The notes beneath the pieces are model-generated. The model was not told the origin of the DNA, made no database searches, and worked only from the letters and a program-made list of their open reading frames with translations. From contig NZ_CP065936.1 in the NCBI RefSeq assembly GCF_003367075.2, positions 1,830,001 to 1,862,000 on the forward strand: a DNA stretch of 32,000 nucleotides, in the 5' to 3' direction. The DNA is from Cylindrospermopsis raciborskii Cr2010. GTDB taxonomy: Bacteria > Cyanobacteriota > Cyanobacteriia > Cyanobacteriales > Nostocaceae. Positions 1 to 13,774 of the stretch are shown in pieces. The position numbers were made by a program, and so were the translations under genes. Each line of letters opens with the position of its first letter. Within the stretch, counting starts at the first letter, position 1.

Positions 1-1133
1 ATTTGACTTTCTTTTAAAAAACCAATTGTGAGATCTAACAAATCATCAGCTTCTGGAAATTTGGGTTGGGCAAAACCTAATCTTTTCAACATCAAATTCC
101 CATATTCTGCATGATAGTATTCCTGAAATTTTGCTAACCCATAATCCAGATCCACTGGGTCAATCACCGCTTTTAATGGCTCTTGCAACAGTTCTAAATT
201 TAAATAACAAATACTTGGTTGCTGACCATAACAATAACGCCGATAATAGTCAAAATAGGCAGCAGTAAAATTTAAATCATAGGTGGGGATAAAAGCATAG
301 GGTCCATAGTCAAAACTTTCCCCTGTAATAGACATGTTGTCAGTATTTAAAACACCATGGCAAAAACCCGCGCACATCCATTGTGCCACTAACTGGGCTA
401 CTCTCTTCACTAGTTCAGCATAAAACAAAGCATATTTATTCTCCTGATTGTTTAGATCTGGATAATATTGATCAATCACATGATCTAATAATTTCTGGAT
501 TAAATCCGGGCGTTTTAAATAATGTAATCTCTCAAAAGTGCCAAATCTAATATGGGATTTACTCATGCGCACCATGACTGATGAACGGGTGGGAGAAGGT
601 TCATCTCCTCGCCATAAAGATAATCCAGTTTCAATCATACTTAAACACCGGGATGTTCTCACACCTAAACGATGTAATACTTCCCCTGCTAAAACTTCTC
701 TCACCCCTCCCTTGAGGGTTAGCATTCCATCACCACCACGGGAATAAGGCGTTCTCCCTGATCCCTTAGTGCCAAAATCATATAGTTCTCCATCCACACC
801 CCTAACTTGTCCATAAAGAAAACCTCTACCATCTCCTAAATGGGGGTTATATTCACCAAATTGATAGCCGTGATAACGCAGTGCTAAAAATGGTTTCTTT
901 CCTTCAAATTTGCCAAAGCTATCAATAAAGTTTTGGTCTGTAATTATTTGATGGTCTATTCCTAAACGTTCTAATAATGAATTATTTCGCCAGCGTAAAA
1001 TGTGTTGGGGAAATTCTTCCGCATCAACTTCATCATAGTAGTCATTACCTAATGACTCCAATTTATATTCATAGTTGAGAGAATGTAACCGGTTGGGGGA
1101 GGTTGTATCATTTGGCGTTTCAGCTGGGTTCAT
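1..1133 (-). CDS. selO: Protein adenylyltransferase SelO (YdiU/UPF0061 family), partial; C-terminus lies beyond position 1
   Basis: Absent from the ORF track because it runs off the window. Reverse-complement translation from the ATG at 1133-1131 gives MNPAETPND...[26 protein letters not shown]...[26 protein letters not shown]...[24 protein letters not shown] with no stops. These are hallmark SelO motifs. Confidence 0.85.
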   Translation of the reverse strand, partial: MNPAETPNDTTSPNRLHSLNYEYKLESLGNDYYDEVDAEEFPQHILRWRNNSLLERLGIDHQIITDQNFIDSFGKFEGKKPFLALRYHGYQFGEYNPHLGDGRGFLYGQVRGVDGELYDFGTKGSGRTPYSRGGDGMLTLKGGVREVLAGEVLHRLGVRTSRCLSMIETGLSLWRGDEPSPTRSSVMVRMSKSHIRFGTFERLHYLKRPDLIQKLLDHVIDQYYPDLNNQENKYALFYAELVKRVAQLVAQWMCAGFCHGVLNTDNMSITGESFDYGPYAFIPTYDLNFTAAYFDYYRRYCYGQQPSICYLNLELLQEPLKAVIDPVDLDYGLAKFQEYYHAEYGNLMLKRLGFAQPKFPEADDLLDLTIGFLKESQ

Positions 1134-1273
1134 TTTTACTATTTTTGGTGTTTTCTTGATTCTACATTATTACCAATTGCCATTGGTCGGTAGATAATGC
1201 TACTCTACTTGTATCCCACGGTTAAAATTTCCGTGTCTTTCTGTTCATTATAAAGGATAGCAAAAGGATAGTA

Positions 1274-2251
1274 ATGGCGCAAATACGCTACGATTGGCAA
1301 AAAGATGAGATTTTCGCTATCTACAATACACCATTTTTAGAGCTAGTTTATCAAGCTGCTACTGTACACCGTCAATTTCATAATCCTAAACAAATACAGG
1401 TATGCAAGCTAATATCTATTAAAACTGGTGGTTGCCCAGAAGACTGTGGTTACTGCGCCCAGTCCTCCCATTATAAAACTGAAGTCAAACCAGAAGCTTT
1501 ATTAGCTAAGGAAACAGTATTAAATATTGCTCACAAAGCTAAGGAAAATGGTGTCAGTCGAATCTGTATGGGCGCTGCTTGGCGCGAAGTACGAGATAAT
1601 TCCCAATTTGAACAAGTTTTGGATATGGTTAAAAATGTAACCTCTATGGGACTGGAGGTCTGCTGCACTTTGGGCATGTTAACAGCTAGTCAAGCTCAAA
1701 AGTTGCAAGATGCAGGTCTTTACGCTTATAATCATAACCTGGATACTTCCGAAGAATATTATAGTAGTGTTATTACCACGAGAACATATAGCGATCGCCT
1801 GAATACAATTAGAAATGTTCGATCAACTAATGTGACTGTTTGTTCTGGTGGTATTCTGGGTTTAGGTGAGAGTGTGGAAGACCGGGTGGGAATGTTATAT
1901 ACTCTATCTAGTTTGGAACCCCATCCTGAATCAGTTCCGATTAATATCCTCTCCCAGGTTGAGGGAACACCCCTGTCCGATCAACCGGAAGTTCCTATTT
2001 GGGATGTGGTGCGGATGATTGCTACTGCTAGAATCATTATGCCCACCTCTGACGTGCGTTTAAGTGCTGGAAGAGCTAGACTTTCTCCCGTGGAACAGTC
2101 TTTGTGTTTTATGGCGGGTGCCAATTCAATTTTTTCTAGTGATGACCAGAAAATGTTGACGGTTACCACCCCTTGTCCCGATTATGACACGGATGGGGAA
2201 ATGTTAAAGCTATTGGGTTTGCAAATGCGTCCTCCTTCTAAACTTTCTTAA
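1274..2251 (+). CDS. bioB: Biotin synthase (radical SAM)
   Basis: 325-aa ORF. It has the [11 protein letters not shown] radical-SAM cysteine triad, YNHNLDTS, and BioB-like length and overall pattern. Confidence 0.95.
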   Translation: MAQIRYDWQKDEIFAIYNTPFLELVYQAATVHRQFHNPKQIQVCKLISIKTGGCPEDCGYCAQSSHYKTEVKPEALLAKETVLNIAHKAKENGVSRICMGAAWREVRDNSQFEQVLDMVKNVTSMGLEVCCTLGMLTASQAQKLQDAGLYAYNHNLDTSEEYYSSVITTRTYSDRLNTIRNVRSTNVTVCSGGILGLGESVEDRVGMLYTLSSLEPHPESVPINILSQVEGTPLSDQPEVPIWDVVRMIATARIIMPTSDVRLSAGRARLSPVEQSLCFMAGANSIFSSDDQKMLTVTTPCPDYDTDGEMLKLLGLQMRPPSKLS

Positions 2252-2300
2252 TATACCCAACCCACAAAACCAGTTGATTGAGAACCGACTTTGGCTTTCA

Positions 2301-2322
2301 GACAGGGAATTTATTCCCTGTC
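2301..2322. terminator. Perfect inverted repeat between convergent bioB and petL (possible bidirectional terminator)
   Basis: GACAGGGAAT tt ATTCCCTGTC forms 10-nt perfectly complementary arms. It lies between two convergent stop codons (2251 and 2334). Confidence 0.45.
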
Positions 2323-2333
2323 TCCCACAGTCT

Positions 2334-2426
2334 CTAGATTATCTTAGCAGCACGAAGACCAAATAATAGTCCCACTGCGATAACTGTAAACGCGGCTAAA
2401 AAAGCCACATATTCCACTACGGCCAT
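2334..2426 (-). CDS. petL: Cytochrome b6-f complex subunit 6 (PetL), 30 aa
   Basis: Too short for the ORF track. Reverse-strand ATG at 2426 translates to MAVVEYVAFLAAFTVIAVGLLFGLRAAKII*. This is a single-TM peptide matching my recollection of Nostocales PetL (...FTGIAAGLLFGLRSAKIL). Confidence 0.7.
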   Translation of the reverse strand: MAVVEYVAFLAAFTVIAVGLLFGLRAAKII

Positions 2427-2500
2427 TGATCTCGCTCCAGAATTTAGTTCACTAAATTTATTCAATCATATATAATTTCCCATTATATCCGGGTTTTTCA

Positions 2501-3598
2501 ATGACTTCCGTAATTAAAGTAGATATACCAGAAAATTCCTATCAAATCATTGTTGCACCAGGTAGTCTGGATCAACTGGGCCCACAAATGGCTAGTCTCA
2601 ATCTAGGTAAAAAGGCCCTTTTGGTTTCTAACCCCATCATATTTAAGCATTATGGAGAGCGGGCGATCGCCTCTTTGCAAAATGCTGGTTTTGATGTGGT
2701 TCACTATAATCTCCCACCTGGAGAGCGATATAAAACATTAAACTCTATTCAAAAAATTTATGATACAGCTTTAGAACATAAATTAGAGCGCAACTCCACC
2801 ATGATAGCTTTAGGTGGTGGTGTTGTCGGTGATATGACGGGATTCGCTGCTGCTACCTGGCTAAGAGGAATTAATTTAGTACAAGTACCCACTAGTTTAC
2901 TAGCGATGGTTGATTCTTCCGTAGGTGGAAAAACAGGGGTTAATCATCCCCATGGTAAAAACCTAATTGGTGCATTTTATCAACCCAGGTTAGTACTAAT
3001 TGACCCTCAAGTTCTCCAAACCTTACCCAGTGGTGAATTCAGAGCGGGAATGGCGGAAGTGATCAAGTACGGGGTAATTTGGGATCCCCAATTGTTTACT
3101 CAGTTGGAAGCGAGCAAGCACCTTGATCAACTCCGCTATGTAAAATCCGACCTGATAAACTATATCTTAACTCATTCTTGTGAAGCAAAAGCAAATGTGG
3201 TCAGTCAAGATGAAAAAGAATCTGGAATCCGGGCAATTTTGAATTACGGCCATACTATTGGTCACGCAGTGGAAAGTGTCACTAAATATCGAGTGTTTAA
3301 GCATGGTGAAGCCGTCGGTCTTGGTATGATAGCAGCGGGGGAAATTGCTGTTAGGTTGGAACTTTGGTCAAAATCAGATGCAGAGCGTCAAAATACACTT
3401 ATCCAAAAAGCCGGACTGCCAACTAAATTGCCAGTGGGTTTAGATATTAATCAACTAATTGATGCCTTACAATTAGATAAGAAGGTTAAATCAGGTAGGG
3501 TGAGATTTGTTCTACCTAGTCAAATAGGAAAGGTTCTAGTTACAGACCAGGTACCAACGGATATTATTACTCAGGTTTTGTCGAGTTTTGGTTTTTAG
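2501..3598 (+). CDS. aroB: 3-dehydroquinate synthase
   Basis: 365-aa ORF with [46 protein letters not shown] and NYGHTIGHA motifs typical of AroB. Confidence 0.93.
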   Translation: MTSVIKVDIPENSYQIIVAPGSLDQLGPQMASLNLGKKALLVSNPIIFKHYGERAIASLQNAGFDVVHYNLPPGERYKTLNSIQKIYDTALEHKLERNSTMIALGGGVVGDMTGFAAATWLRGINLVQVPTSLLAMVDSSVGGKTGVNHPHGKNLIGAFYQPRLVLIDPQVLQTLPSGEFRAGMAEVIKYGVIWDPQLFTQLEASKHLDQLRYVKSDLINYILTHSCEAKANVVSQDEKESGIRAILNYGHTIGHAVESVTKYRVFKHGEAVGLGMIAAGEIAVRLELWSKSDAERQNTLIQKAGLPTKLPVGLDINQLIDALQLDKKVKSGRVRFVLPSQIGKVLVTDQVPTDIITQVLSSFGF

Positions 3599-3607
3599 AT
3601 GCGGTTA

Positions 3608-4696
3608 TTAAAGTCCCCTATCTGTTTCTTGGATTCCATTGGGCTCAGTCTTAGGCTGAAGTTGGGGAGTTTTGGTGATTAATAGGTAACCAATTCCTAG
3701 TAGAACCACACTAATCAGTGCTAGGATATAACCGAATGTCCGAGGTTTTTTAGTGTGTGATATTATTGTTTTAGGAGAGTTTGATGGGATAATACTATAG
3801 GGTTGTCTCAATTCTTCTAGTACCTTTTCCGCTAAGCTATAGCGGTTCTCAGAATTAGCTACTAATAACTTATCTAGAATCTGCTGCAATTTCTGACTTA
3901 GAGGTTGATTTAAATAGTTACGCCAGTTTGCAACCCAGTTGTAACCGTCTTTAAGCCAAAGCTCATAGGGATTTTTACTAGTAAGCAAATAAAAACAGGT
4001 TACACCAAGACTGTATAAGTCACCAGCCGTACTTGCCACACCATCAACTCTTTGTTCCCAAGGTGCATAACCATCTGTGCCAATCCGCGTTCCTGAAGTT
4101 GCTCCTCCTTGTAATTCTTTTGAAGCACCAAAATCAATCAACACCAATTTACCATCTTTATGACGACGCATAACATTTTCCGGTTTAATATCTCGGTGAA
4201 TAATCCCTTGCTTATGAACTTCCTGGAGGATGAGCAATAAGTCCTGCAAAAACTGGCGAATTTTAGCTTCGTTTAACACCCCTTCGGTTTGTAGTTCTTC
4301 GAGTAAATTTTTGCCATCAACAAACTGCTCTACTAAATATAACTGTCGATTTTCTTCAAAGTAGGCAAACAAGCTAGGGATTTGAGTGTGTTCCGCCAAC
4401 TTTTGTAATTGCTGTGCTTCTTGTAGAAATAACTCTGTAGCTTTGATTAAGGCTTGTGTTGTTTGATTACCTAAAGAAGGTGCCAGCTGTTTAATTACAC
4501 AGAGTTCATTTAATTTATGAGTGTCCAGTGCCAAGTAGGTTTTAGCAAATCCTCCACCCCCTAAACGTTTAACTGGTTGATAACGATTCTTCAAGATTAC
4601 TAAAGGAGTGCCACAGGTAGGGCAATAACTAGTACCCTCTGGAACTTGGGGGTTATCACATTCATAAGTAGGATTCAGACAGCATATCTGATTCAT
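3608..4696 (-). CDS. Serine/threonine protein kinase with N-terminal Cys-rich (zinc-ribbon-like) segment and C-terminal TM anchor
   Basis: Kinase motifs: GGGGFAKTY glycine loop, VIK, HRDIKPENV, DFG and APWE. The N-terminus has CCLNP...CPTCG. The C-terminus has the hydrophobic stretch FGYILALISVVLLGIGYLLI. Confidence 0.9.
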   Translation of the reverse strand: MNQICCLNPTYECDNPQVPEGTSYCPTCGTPLVILKNRYQPVKRLGGGGFAKTYLALDTHKLNELCVIKQLAPSLGNQTTQALIKATELFLQEAQQLQKLAEHTQIPSLFAYFEENRQLYLVEQFVDGKNLLEELQTEGVLNEAKIRQFLQDLLLILQEVHKQGIIHRDIKPENVMRRHKDGKLVLIDFGASKELQGGATSGTRIGTDGYAPWEQRVDGVASTAGDLYSLGVTCFYLLTSKNPYELWLKDGYNWVANWRNYLNQPLSQKLQQILDKLLVANSENRYSLAEKVLEELRQPYSIIPSNSPKTIISHTKKPRTFGYILALISVVLLGIGYLLITKTPQLQPKTEPNGIQETDRGL

Positions 4697-4949
4697 GGCT
4701 TTTGGTGAGCGGATATTGTTACTGAATATCTAAGGTGGTTTATTTTAGCACGAATGGTTCCGGGCGTGATCGTTATTTTTGCCAGGTGGAATGGTTAAGA
4801 AAAGTGGCACATAATGTATAATTATTAAAAGCTAGAAAAATATTGGCAAAAAGTCAACTTTAGTGTGTTATTTTTTTGTCAGTTGTTGTTGGTTAATGAA
4901 CTACCTGTCTCGACAGATATGTAAAGTACAGCATTTTGGTAAATAAGGT

Positions 4950-6722
4950 ATGTGGAAAAAAAGTAAAAATAATAATCTAAATCTAAATAGTCTAAGTAAA
5001 ATAACACGTAGTTTATTATTGTTGTTTTTGACATTAAGTGGCAGTTTGCTAACAACAAACCTTTTTGCACCAGCACTAGCACAATCAAATACGGAAAGTA
5101 ATGGTCTAGAACTATTACCAAGAGTTGCCAACAAGAATAAAGTCAGAATTGATGGTTCGATTAAATTGTTAATGATCAACCAAAAGCTGAAAAATAGTTT
5201 TCAGGAACTGTTTCCCCATACTCAGGTAGAAATAGGAACAAGCGGTAATGAGGCAGCTATTAAATCCTTATTGGACGGACAAATTGATGTGGCGGCGATC
5301 GCTAGAGGATTGACTCCAGCAGAAAAAGCTCAGGGACTGGAGCAAGTTCGTCTAACCAGAGAAAAAATTGCCGTTGTGGTTGGTGTTGATAATCCATTTC
5401 AGGGTGGTTTAACTATTGGGGAGTTTACGAGGATATTTAGGGGTAAAATTACTAACTGGTCTCAGGTAGGTGGGCCTCCTATGGCAATTCGGTTTATTGA
5501 TCGTTCTGTCACCAGTGAAACTCGCCGTTCTCTCGGTGGTTACCCGGTGTTCAATTTTCCTGAATTGACTAGTAACAGTGATAAATATCTTACTGTCAGC
5601 CGAGATAAAACTACGGAAATTATCCAACAATTGGGTAAAGATGGTATCAGCTACGCCATAGTCAGCCAGGTAAAAACAGTCCCCCAAGTAAGAATACTCA
5701 AAATTCAGGGTACTTATCCCGACCATTCCAAATATCCCTTTTCATTACCCCTGGTTTATGCTTACAAGCGTAACTCTGATCCTACAGTGGTGAATTTTGT
5801 GGATCTTGCTACTACCCAAGTAGGAAAAAAAGCTATATCCAAGGCTAAAGAAGAAGAGATGTCAGCAGTCGCGACACTACCAAATACGGCACAAAACTCC
5901 ACCCCCGGTTCCGAGTCTCTAGTTCCCATCTATTCCCAAAATGCCCTGCTGTCAACTTCTGTCTCCCCAGACGCTTCAACTTCAAGAAATAATGGTAATT
6001 ATTTTGGCTATGCTAGTCGGCTATTTTCCGGTGTAGTGGGAAACAGAAAACTCCTAGGACTATTAATTGGTTTATGCTTTCTAGTAATATTCCTAACGTT
6101 TTTACTTTGGCTATTAATGGGGAGAAAATCTCGACGAAAGAAAAATCTTGTTGCTGGAGGGATAAACGAATTGGAAACATCATACCCAAACACGGAGGAA
6201 GTAATTGGCAATGACTCCGATGTTTTCGATCAAGCAGTAGGCTTAGATTTCGGTGAGTTGGTTTGGGATATAGAAGCACCAGTCTCAGTCATCAATACTC
6301 TTGATTCTCCAGAATCCCCAATATTGACACCATCTGCACCAGTGGTAGAGAATCACATTCCCCCAAATACTTCCCAAATCGGTACCGGAAGCTCCATTAC
6401 TTTTGTACCACGCTCAGCCAAATGGGCCTATGTTCACTGGTATATTTCCGAGAGCGATCGCCAGTTGGCAAAACAGAGAGGAGGGAACATTCTAGCTATT
6501 AGACTTTATGATGTGACCAATCTGGATCTAAGTGTTCAATCTCCTCCTTTGGTTAAGGAATATGAGTGTGAAGAATCAGGATCAGATTACTACTTGGCTA
6601 TTCCCAGAACCCATCATGAGTACATGACAGAAATCGGGTATTTGACCGATGACCATCAGTGGCTAAACATGGCCCGTTCTCAAACCATTTGGACCTATAA
6701 TCTTCCCGATAAAGAGCTATAA
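4950..6722 (+). CDS. Exported PstS-like periplasmic-binding-domain protein with central TM segment and C-terminal DUF4912-like domain
   Basis: Signal-peptide-like N-terminus (LLLLFLTLSGSLLTTNLFAPALAQS). The PBP-type region includes GTSGNEAAIKSLLDGQIDVAAIARGLT. A TM segment follows (LLGLLIGLCFLVIFLTFLLWLLMG). The C-terminus (AYVHWYISESDR...LAIRLYDVTN) resembles DUF4912. Confidence 0.65.
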   Translation: MWKKSKNNNLNLNSLSKITRSLLLLFLTLSGSLLTTNLFAPALAQSNTESNGLELLPRVANKNKVRIDGSIKLLMINQKLKNSFQELFPHTQVEIGTSGNEAAIKSLLDGQIDVAAIARGLTPAEKAQGLEQVRLTREKIAVVVGVDNPFQGGLTIGEFTRIFRGKITNWSQVGGPPMAIRFIDRSVTSETRRSLGGYPVFNFPELTSNSDKYLTVSRDKTTEIIQQLGKDGISYAIVSQVKTVPQVRILKIQGTYPDHSKYPFSLPLVYAYKRNSDPTVVNFVDLATTQVGKKAISKAKEEEMSAVATLPNTAQNSTPGSESLVPIYSQNALLSTSVSPDASTSRNNGNYFGYASRLFSGVVGNRKLLGLLIGLCFLVIFLTFLLWLLMGRKSRRKKNLVAGGINELETSYPNTEEVIGNDSDVFDQAVGLDFGELVWDIEAPVSVINTLDSPESPILTPSAPVVENHIPPNTSQIGTGSSITFVPRSAKWAYVHWYISESDRQLAKQRGGNILAIRLYDVTNLDLSVQSPPLVKEYECEESGSDYYLAIPRTHHEYMTEIGYLTDDHQWLNMARSQTIWTYNLPDKEL

Positions 6723-6736
6723 CCACTTGTAGGCAT

Positions 6737-7636
6737 CTACATTAACCTCATACTCAGATCTAACCATCGTGATTGAGTTACAGGAGCACTGCTAGAAATA
6801 AAATCAACTCCCGCTTGTGCTACACTGCGAATAGTATCTAGGCTAATATTGCCCGATGCTTCAATTTTCACCCGTTTATCCTGTTGACGAATCAAACTTA
6901 CTGCTTGAGTCATCAGATCCAGGGACATATTATCCAACATAATAATTTCAGCTTGACATTGTAGAGCTTCCTCAACCTGCTCTATAGCTTCCGTTTCTAC
7001 CTCAATACTTAACGGGTATGGAACTTGCGATCGCACTTGTTGAATAGCCTTAGTAATACTGCCAGCTGCGACTATGTGATTATCCTTAATCATCACCGCA
7101 TCATCTAACCCCATACGATGATTAGTAGCTCCACCCACCGCACTAGCATACTTTTCTAAAATTCTCAACCCGGGAGTAGTCTTACGAGTATCAACAAACT
7201 TAGTGGGTAGATCCGCTATTTTTTCCACATACATATTAGTCAAACTAGCAATTCCACTCAACCGCATCACCAAATTCAGTGCCACCCGCTCCCCCATCAA
7301 TAACCCATCCCAAGCCCCTGTAATTTCCGCTACCACTTCACCAGCTTGACACTTATCCCCCTCAGCCTTGAGTGGCACAAAATTGATTTGGTCATTTAAT
7401 AGATAAAACACCCTAGCTGCAATTGGCAACCCAGCAATTATCCCCTCTGCTTTAGCTACCCACCTAGCTTGTACACTAGTGTGGTGCTGGGATAACAGAG
7501 CTTGGGTCGTGCGATCGCCCCTACCAATATCCTCCATCAACCAGACCCGCAGCATGGGGTCAAGCAACAAAACCGGTGGTAATACACCCAAAAAACCTTT
7601 CATCGAACTTTCCATCAGTTGTTTAAATATAATCAA
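6737..7636 (-). CDS. nadC: Nicotinate-nucleotide pyrophosphorylase (quinolinate phosphoribosyltransferase)
   Basis: WLMEDIGRGDRTT, ERVALNL, TRKTTPGLR, GGATNHRMGLDDAVMIKDNH and LDNM motifs. The true start is probably one of the internal Met codons (MESSMKG...) rather than 7636. Confidence 0.9.
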   Translation of the reverse strand: MIIFKQLMESSMKGFLGVLPPVLLLDPMLRVWLMEDIGRGDRTTQALLSQHHTSVQARWVAKAEGIIAGLPIAARVFYLLNDQINFVPLKAEGDKCQAGEVVAEITGAWDGLLMGERVALNLVMRLSGIASLTNMYVEKIADLPTKFVDTRKTTPGLRILEKYASAVGGATNHRMGLDDAVMIKDNHIVAAGSITKAIQQVRSQVPYPLSIEVETEAIEQVEEALQCQAEIIMLDNMSLDLMTQAVSLIRQQDKRVKIEASGNISLDTIRSVAQAGVDFISSSAPVTQSRWLDLSMRLM

Positions 7637-7748
7637 GTCTAAGCGGAGATTTCAACAGTTTACCAATGGTTCAAATGCCCAATCCATAAAGGATTCAGCC
7701 CCTAAAATTTTGGTAAAAAACTTTTTTCAAAAAAAGTGAAAAAAGTAG

Positions 7749-7777
7749 TTGACATTCTCAAAGAGGTTCGCTATATT
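7749..7777 (+). promoter_or_regulatory. rrn operon promoter (sigma-70 type)
   Basis: TTGACA (7749-7754), a 17-nt spacer, then TATATT (7772-7777). It sits about 170 nt upstream of the 16S 5' end and follows an A/T-rich tract (7715-7745). Confidence 0.6.
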
Positions 7778-7827
7778 GAATAAGTGGCTGAGAGAGACGC
7801 AAGAAACAGCGACTCCCAAGTCCACCC

Positions 7828-7839
7828 GAACCTTGAAAA
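7828..7839 (+). promoter_or_regulatory. boxA-like antitermination element in the rrn leader
   Basis: GAACCTTGAAAA occurs in the leader, and the identical 12-mer recurs in the 16S-23S spacer at 9752-9763. This matches the conserved cyanobacterial ITS boxA. Confidence 0.5.
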
Positions 7840-7945
7840 TAATATAGTTTGAAAGACAGTATAAAGCAATCTACTCGTCAAGTCAAGAAAATAATACCTG
7901 ACTGAGGTAATCAGTCAAAGAAAGAGCTAAAAACAAACTTAACAA

Positions 7946-9431
<1,486 letters not shown>

Positions 9432-9546
9432 TAGGGAGACCTACCCATTGAAGAATCGAAAGCCGAAGGCGAATAGAGAATCAAATGGTCTACTCTAGGT
9501 CGATGACGTGAGATTGTGAAGTCTTTCAAACTAATATTTGGTTCGC

Positions 9547-9620
<74 letters not shown>

Positions 9621-9623
9621 CCT

Positions 9624-9696
9624 GGGGGTTTAGCTCAGTTGGTAGAGCGCCTGCTTTGCAAGCAGGATGTCAGCGGTTCGAGTCCGCTAACCTCCA
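9624..9696 (+). tRNA. tRNA-Ala (anticodon UGC)
   Basis: GGGGGTTTAGCTCAGTTGGTAGAGCGCCTGCTTTGCAAGCAGGATGTCAGCGGTTCGAGTCCGCTAACCTCCA. The G3:U70 identity pair is present and the anticodon loop is UUUGCAA. Confidence 0.95.
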
Positions 9697-9751
9697 CATT
9701 AGGTATTATCAGCAACTAGGAAAGACCTAGACTGCTGGTGAGAACCAGCCA

Positions 9752-9763
9752 GAACCTTGAAAA
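9752..9763 (+). promoter_or_regulatory. boxA-like antitermination element in the 16S-23S spacer
   Basis: GAACCTTGAAAA followed by CTGCATA, identical to the leader copy at 7828-7839. Confidence 0.5.
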
Positions 9764-9823
9764 CTGCATATAGATAGATAAGAGAGCCGAAATCGAAAGA
9801 TAGAAGCAAGTGAAGAACCAAGT

Positions 9824-12644
<2,821 letters not shown>

Positions 12645-12720
12645 AAAAAGTAATTCATTCTTATCAAAATATATGCAGTCTTCAGGGTTTTGAAGTGGAA
12701 ACTTTGAAATCGACGAGTTT

Positions 12721-12838
12721 TCCTGGTGTCTATGGTGCGGTGGAACCACACTGATCCCTTCCCGAACTCAGAGGTGAAACGCTGTTGCGGCGACGATAGT
12801 ATGGGGGTTGCCCTATGTCAAAATAGCTCGATGCCAGG
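12721..12838 (+). rRNA. rrf: 5S ribosomal RNA
   Basis: TCCTGGTGTCTATGGTGCGGTGGAACCACACTGATCCCTTCCCGAACTCAGAGGTGAAAC...GATGCCAGG. The terminal helix CCTGGT/ATGCCAGG closes the molecule at about 118 nt. Confidence 0.93.
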
Positions 12839-12853
12839 TTTATTATTACATAA

Positions 12854-12893
12854 CCGCTCATTCCATGTATTATGGAGTGGGCGGTTTGATTTT
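12854..12893 (+). terminator. rrn operon rho-independent terminator
   Basis: 13-bp stem CCGCTCATTCCAT / ATGGAGTGGGCGG (two G:U pairs), loop GTATT, then TTTGATTTT. It lies 16 nt after the 5S gene. Confidence 0.6.
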
Positions 12894-13727
12894 ACTTCCA
12901 AAACAGCGATCGCCCGGTTTTAAAAACATTTACCGTAGGTTGGGTTGAGGAACGAAACCCAACAAACCCCACTGTTAATTATGGGCAGTTTGGTTTTACT
13001 TCCAAAACAGCGATCGCCCGGTTTTAAAAACATTTACCTTAATGTAAAACCCCACCGTTAATTATGGTGTACGTGAATTCATTGTATTATAGGATGGGCG
13101 GTTTGATTTTACCTACAAAACAGCGATCGCCCGTTTTTAAAAACATTTACCTTAATGTAGAACTGCACTATTAATTATGGGATACGTGAATTCGTTATAT
13201 TATGGAGTGGGCGGTTTGATTTTACTTCCAAAACAGCGATCGCCCGGTTTTAAAAACATTTACCGTAGGTTGGGTTGAGGAACGAAACCCAACAAACCCC
13301 ACTGTTAATTATGGGCAGTTTGGTTTTACTTCCAAAACAGCGATCGCCTATTTTTAAAAACATTTACCTTAATGTAAAACCCCACCGTTAATTATGGTGT
13401 ACGTGAATTCATTGTATTATAGGATGGGCGGTTTGATTTTACCTACAAAACAGCGATCGCCCGTTTTTAAAAACATTTACCTTAATGTAGAACTGCACTA
13501 TTAATTATGGGATACGTGAATTCGTTATATTATGGAGTGGGCGGTTTGATTTTGCTTCCAAAACAGCGATCGCCCGGTTTTAAAAACATTTACCGTAGGT
13601 TGGGTTGAGGAACGAAACCCAACAAACCCCACTGTTAATTATGGGCAGTTTGGTTTTACTTCCAAAACAGCGATCGCCCGTTTTTAAAAACATTTACCTT
13701 AATGTAGAACTGCACTATTAATTAGGG
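12872..13727. repeat. Higher-order tandem repeat: 330-bp unit x ~2.6, each unit made of three related sub-repeats (104/113/113 bp), 8 sub-repeats in total
   Basis: The core TTTG(A/G)TTTTAC(T/C)T(C/A)CAAAACAGCGATCGCC(C/T)(G/A)(G/T)TTTTAAAAACATTTACC recurs. Its HIP1 sites are at 12906, 13010, 13123, 13236, 13340, 13453, 13566 and 13670, giving spacings of 104,113,113,104,113,113,104. The 330-bp units are nearly identical (a few substitutions), whereas sub-repeats within a unit are clearly diverged. Confidence 0.95.
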
Positions 13728-13774
13728 GTTGCTGAAAAAGTTGAGAATAAACCTAATGAAAATTGGCTCAGTGG

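Noticed and set aside
538-747. 69-aa plus-strand ORF
   Set aside because: It is antisense to the well-supported selO reading frame. The same reasoning applies to 1981-2169, 5409-5726, 6008-6279 and 7479-7739.
4879-5179. Two minus-strand ORFs (80 and 92 aa)
   Set aside because: They are AT-rich, low-complexity translations. They overlap the promoter region and signal-peptide coding region of the 590-aa plus-strand gene and have no recognisable motifs.
9621-9623. tRNA-Ile and tRNA-Ala separated by only 3 nt
   Set aside because: It looked unusually tight. However, the inter-tRNA segment of cyanobacterial ITS regions is known to vary greatly in length. Both cloverleaves are complete, so there is no evidence of anything beyond normal variation.
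12872-13727. Possible CRISPR array (regularly spaced ~50-bp repeats with ~55-65-bp intervening sequences)
   Set aside because: The spacers are not unique. Only three types occur, they recur in a strict 330-bp period, and they are related to each other. No cas genes or leader are nearby. It is a higher-order tandem repeat.
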